A stretch of 64,000 nucleotides of DNA, taken from contig CAVRJY010000001.1 in the NCBI GenBank assembly GCA_963721805.1, positions 160,001 through 224,000 of the forward strand. The letters run 5' to 3'. Position 1 is the first letter of the stretch. Every line of letters starts with the position of its first letter. The notes beneath the pieces were generated by a model. That model was given only the letters and a program-made list of their open reading frames with translations. It was not told where the DNA came from and searched no databases. The translations under genes and the position numbers were made by a program. Below are positions 63,494 through 64,000 of the stretch, piece after piece. This stretch comes from Nitrospirota bacterium (GTDB lineage: Bacteria; Nitrospirota; Thermodesulfovibrionia; Thermodesulfovibrionales; JdFR-86).

Positions 63494-64000
63494 ATGAGCA
63501 AGAGGGCAAGGAAGCGCGAGGGCGTGGCCGAGGTTCTGATACTGATACTGGCGCTGTTCACGGCGTTCCTGTTTCAGGGCGCCGCGCCGAAGCAGGCCTC
63601 GGCCGTCTATAACAGCAACGATTACTGCACCAACCCCGCGCTGATCGGCAGCGGCTCGGTGCCCCCGATGGTCATGCTCACGGTCGAGAAGGACCAGAAG
63701 CTCTGGAAGAAGGCGTACAGTGATTATTCGGACCTCGACGGCGACGGTCTGCCTGATATAACCTTTAAGCCCTCAATCGACTACTACGGGTATTTTGACC
63801 CCTACAAGTGCTACACCTATGACTCCACAAACACGACGTACAAACCCGTGCGCTCGACCTCAACCAAGATCTGCGGCGGCGGCGCGCGCAACGACGCTGC
63901 GCTGGGCGAGTGGTCCGGCAATTTCCTGAACTGGGCCACGATGACCCGGCTGGACGTCATGCGCAAGACCCTCTATGGCGGCTACCGCTTTAGCGAAGGC
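63494..64000 (+). CDS. pilY1: Type IV pilus adhesin PilY1, N-terminus (partial)
   Basis: Signal peptide; YYGYFDP..CY, WSGNFLNWATMTRLDVMRKTLYGG; open to the window end. Confidence 0.85.
   Translation, partial: MSKRARKREGVAEVLILILALFTAFLFQGAAPKQASAVYNSNDYCTNPALIGSGSVPPMVMLTVEKDQKLWKKAYSDYSDLDGDGLPDITFKPSIDYYGYFDPYKCYTYDSTNTTYKPVRSTSTKICGGGARNDAALGEWSGNFLNWATMTRLDVMRKTLYGGYRFSEG

Overview
High-GC chromosomal window, probably from a sulfur-cycling Nitrospirota/Thermodesulfovibrionia-like anaerobe (inferred from gene content only). It carries the end of aprB, aprA, qmoABC, a CBS protein and a K+-independent membrane pyrophosphatase; the mercury-methylation pair hgcAB; housekeeping genes (serA, purA, rsmI, mtnP, tldD, lpxC, nfo, priA, trpS, pabB-pabC fusion, ettA); a sigma54-driven flagellar cluster (fleQ-like, TPR, fleSR-like, flgBC, fliEFGHIJ, motE-like); and the start of pilY1. 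The most notable feature not explained by these genes is a family of about ten dispersed 150-210 bp imperfect-palindromic intergenic elements. They show compensatory base changes, conserved internal mismatches, swappable sub-hairpin modules and a one-sided TGCC(G/T/A)TTGACC 'head'. Twice the heads face each other around AT-richer cargo (a PH-domain gene plus a convergent RelE/AbrB pair; a small unknown gene). Two copies continue into a shared ~330 bp AT-rich module, one of them next to a DUF559 nuclease gene. No transposase, tRNA, rRNA or CRISPR array was found. A 39-aa histone-H1-like ORF missed by the ORF track and a triplicated fliG 3' end were also seen.
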